From Isurus oxyrinchus (taxonomy: Eukaryota), in NCBI GenBank assembly GCA_026770705.1, contig JANJGN010000016.1, forward strand, positions 87,792,001 through 87,856,000: DNA of 64,000 bases, read 5' to 3'. Positions 60,601 through 64,000 of the stretch are shown piece after piece. The translations under genes were made by a program, and so were the position numbers. Below the pieces are notes generated by a model, which did not search any database, was not told the DNA's origin, and saw only the letters and a program-made list of their open reading frames with translations. The first letter of the stretch is position 1. Every line of letters begins with the position of its first letter.

Positions 60601-63600
60601 AATGCCGGAGTGTGGGGGGCTGGGTGATGCCGGGGTACGGGGTGTGGGTGATGCTGGGAGTGGGGGGTGTGGGTAATGCCCGTGTTGGGCGTTGGGTGTT
60701 GCTGGAGATGAGGGGGCAGGTGATACCATGGGTGGGAGTGCTGGGTGATGCCGAGAGTGCTGGAGTGGGTGATGCCGGGGGTTGGGGTGGGTGATGCCGG
60801 GGGTGACGTGATGGGTGATGCTGGGGTTGAGGAGGTTGGTGATGCCGGGGTGAAGGGCATGGGTGATGCCTGGGGTAGGGTGGTGGGTGATGCCGGGTGT
60901 GGGATGGTGGGTGATGCCAGGGGTGGTGAATAGGTGATGCCGAGGGTGGGGGGGGGTGGGTGATGCCGGACGTGAGGGGGTGTGTGATGCCGGGGTTGTG
61001 AGCGTGGTTGATGCCTGGGATGGGGGCCTGGGTGATGCCGGGTGTGGGGTGTGGGTGATGCCGTGGGTGGGGGGCCAGTTGATGCCGGGGTGGGGGGGTG
61101 GGTAATACCAGAGGTGGGAGTGTGGGTGATGCCGGTGGTGGAGGTTGGGTGATGCCGTGGGTGGGGGTTGGCTGATGCTGGGAGTGGGGTGGTGGGTGAT
61201 GCCGCGGGTGGGGGTTGGCTGATGCTGGGGGTGGAGGTGAGGGACACATGGGTGGGGGGTTGGTTGATGCTGGGGTTGAGGGACTCGGTAATGATGGAGG
61301 TGGGGGTGTGGATGATGCCGGGGGTGGGGGAGTGGGTGGTGCCGGGAGTGAAGGGGTCGTGATACCGGGGTAGGGAGTGTGGGTGTTGCCATGGGTGGGG
61401 GAGTGGTTGCTGCTGGAGTTACGGTGGTGGTGATGCCGGGTGTAGCATGATGGGTGATGCCAGGGGTGGTTGTGGTGGGTGATGCCGGGGGTGGGGGCAC
61501 GGATGTTGCCGTGGGTGGGGTGCCAGGTGGTGTCGAGAGTGGGTAATGCCTGGGGTGGGTGTTGCCAGGGTTGGGGACTGTGTGGTGCTGGGTGTGGGTG
61601 GGGGGTGGTTGATTCCGGAGACGGGTGTATGGATGGTGGTGCGGGTGGGGGGGTGGTGTGGATGATGCCGGGTGTATGGAGGTGGGTGCTGCCGGGGATG
61701 GTGTGGTAAGTGATGCCATGGGTGGGGTGTGGGCGTTGCAGGGGATAGGGGCGAGTGCGTGATGCCGTGGGTGGGGGGGGTGTGGGTGATGCCGGGGGTG
61801 GAGGAGGTTGTTGATGCCGGGGGAGGGGCAATAGGTGATGTCGGGGGTGTTGTGGAGGGTGATGCCAGGCGTCAGGGGGTGTGTGATGCCAGGATTGTGG
61901 GCGTGAGTGATGCCTGGGGTAGGGGTTGGGCGATGCCGAGGGTGGGGGTTGGTTGATGCCTAGGATGGGGGCCTAGGTGATGCCGGGTGTGGGGGAGTGT
62001 GAAATGCCAGAGGTGGGGGTGTGGGTGATGCCGGGGCTGGGGGCCTGTATTATGCCAGGAGTGCGGAAGTGGGTAATACCAGAGCTGGGGGTGTGGGTGA
62101 TGCCGGTGGTGGTGGTTGGGTGACGCCACGCGTGGGGTTTGGCTGATGCCGGGGGTGGGGGTGAGGGACCCATGGGTGAGGGGTTGGGTGAAACTGGGGG
62201 TGAGGGAGTGGGTAATGCCGGAGGTGAGGGGCTGGGAGATACCGGGGATGGGGGAGTGGGTGATGCTGGGCATGTGGGGATGGTGATGCCGGGGTAGGGG
62301 TTGTGGGTGATGCCAGGAGTTGGATTGGGGTTTGTGGGTGATGCCGGGGGTGGTGGTGTGGGTGATGCCAGCAGTGGGTGGTGCCATTGTTGGCAGTTTG
62401 GGTGTTGCTGGGAGTGGGGTTGGTGGGTGATGGCGGGTTAGTGGGATGGGTGATGCCCGGAGTGGGGTGTATGGGTGATACCACTGTTGGCAGCGTAGGT
62501 GTTGCTGGGGGTGAGGTGGGACGTGATACCGGGAGTGGGGGTGCTGGGTGATGCCGGGGTTGGGCAAGTGGGTGATGCTGGGGGTGGGGGAATAGGTGAA
62601 GTTGGGTGTGGGGGGGGTTGGCTGGTGCCGGTGGTGAGGGGGTGGGTGATGCCGGGAGTTAGAGGGAGTGTGATGTCTGGGGTAGGGGGAGGGTAATGCT
62701 GGGGCTGGGTGATGGCAGGGTTGGTGGAGTGGTTGTTGTTGGCAGTAAGGGGGTGGGTGATGCTGGAGGTGGGGGTGGGGGTGGTAGGTGATGCTGGGGG
62801 TGGGTGTTGCTGGCGGTGAGGGTGTGGGTGATGCTAGGGGTGATGCCGGGGGTGGGTGTTGGCACGGTTGGAGGGGTGGGTGATTCTGGGGGTGGGGGTG
62901 GGGGGGGTGGATGATGCCGGGTGTGGGAGACGTGTGATGCTGGGGAGGTGGTTTGTTGCGTGAAGCCGCGGTTGGGGGTAGTTCGTGTTGCCGGGGGTGA
63001 TGGGTGTGTGTGATGCCGGGTGTGGGTGATGACGGGGCTTGGGGGGGTTGGTGATGCCTGGGGTGGTGGGGTGGCTGATGCCCGGAGTGGGGGCAGTGGG
63101 TGATGCCAGTGTTGGGGTTGGGATGGTGAGTAATGTCATTGGTGGGGGCATGGGTGATGCAGGGGGTGAGGGGGAGTGTGATGCCGGGGGCAGGGGTGTG
63201 GGTGATGGCGGTGGTCGGGGTATGGGAGATGGAGGGGATGGGGCGGTGGGTGATGCCGGGGTTTTGTGGGGTGGCTGATGCCGGGAGTGAGGTTGTGGGT
63301 GATGCCGGAGTTAGGGGTTGGGTGATGCCATGGGTTGGGGGGTGGGTGTTGCAGGGGGTGGGGGGGGTGGGTGGGTGATGCCATGGGTGGGGGCGTGGGT
63401 GATGCTGGGGATGGGGGGGTGGGTGATGCCGGTGGTAGCATGATGGTTGATGCCGGAGTTGAGGGGGTGGGTGATGCCGGGGGGTGGAGTGCGTTGGTGA
63501 TGCCGGTAGTGGGGGAGTGGGTGTTGCCGGGGATGGGGTGTGTGTGATGCCAGGTGTGACGTGATGGGTGTTGCCGGGGTTGAGGGGGTGGGTGATGCCG

Positions 63601-64000
63601 GGGGTGGAGGTGTTGAGTGATGCCGGGGGTGGGGTATAGTTGATATCAGGGGTTGGTGGGGGTTGTTGCCGGGGCTGAGGGGGTGGGTTATGCCGGGGTG
63701 ATGGGCGTGGCTGATGCCTGGGGTAGGGGAGCGGGTGATGCCGGTGTTGGGATAGTGGGTGATGCTGGGGATGGGGGAATAGATGATGCCAGGGGTGGGG
63801 GCGTGGGTGATGCAGGGGGTGAGGGGATGTGTGATGCCGGGGTTGTGGGCATGGGTGACGCCTGGGGTAGGGGGTGAATGATGCCGGGTTTCGGGGTTGG
63901 TTGGTGCCTGGGATGGGGGCCTGGGTGATGCCGGGTGTGGGGATGTGAGTAATGCCAGAGGTGGGATTGTGGGTGATGCCGGTGGTGGGGGTTGGGTGAT
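57676..64000. repeat. G-rich degenerate minisatellite array (core GGGTGATGCCGGGG(G)TGGG; unit about 17-22 bp), runs off the window end
   Basis: Hundreds of GTGATGCC/GTGATGCT cores separated by G-runs; extreme G over C skew on the + strand. Confidence 0.95.

Noticed and set aside
57364-63877. Long Pro/His/Thr-rich (minus) and Gly/Val-rich (plus) ORFs, including the 843-aa ORF
   Set aside because: Open in several overlapping frames because the C-rich repeat strand rarely forms stops; the 843-aa ORF simply runs into a LINE fragment. No evidence of a mucin- or extensin-like gene.

Overview
Eukaryotic, repeat-dominated DNA from a cartilaginous fish (shark-like; inferred from the Ig organisation and retroelement families, species not determinable). 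Bases 1-31.7k are the end of a 55-bp satellite array with kb-scale higher-order duplications. Bases 31.7-51.3k are a patchwork of decayed CR1/L2 LINEs (one near full-length CR1), SINEs and minisatellites. The only gene I can support is a complete, unrearranged, apparently functional immunoglobulin light-chain minicluster of kappa (shark type III/NS4-like) type on the + strand: promoter, leader 51521-51569, V 51756-52050 with 12-RSS, 23-RSS with J 52604-52638, C 55418-55746, polyA signals near 56455 and 56550. A G-rich array of more than 6 kb follows to the window end. Most notable observations: (i) inverted CR1 fragments bracketing the whole V-J-C cluster share a 91-bp tract with 1 mismatch inside more diverged flanks; (ii) an untrimmed V-J join is in frame but creates a TAG stop; (iii) exact Ets-IRF (EICE) motifs sit in the V promoter and in a candidate upstream enhancer; (iv) a switch-region-like G-rich/WRCY array lies downstream of C; (v) a tRNA-SINE head is fused to a LINE endonuclease. 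Almost all long ORFs in the supplied track are repeat or LINE artefacts. Repeat boundaries are approximate.
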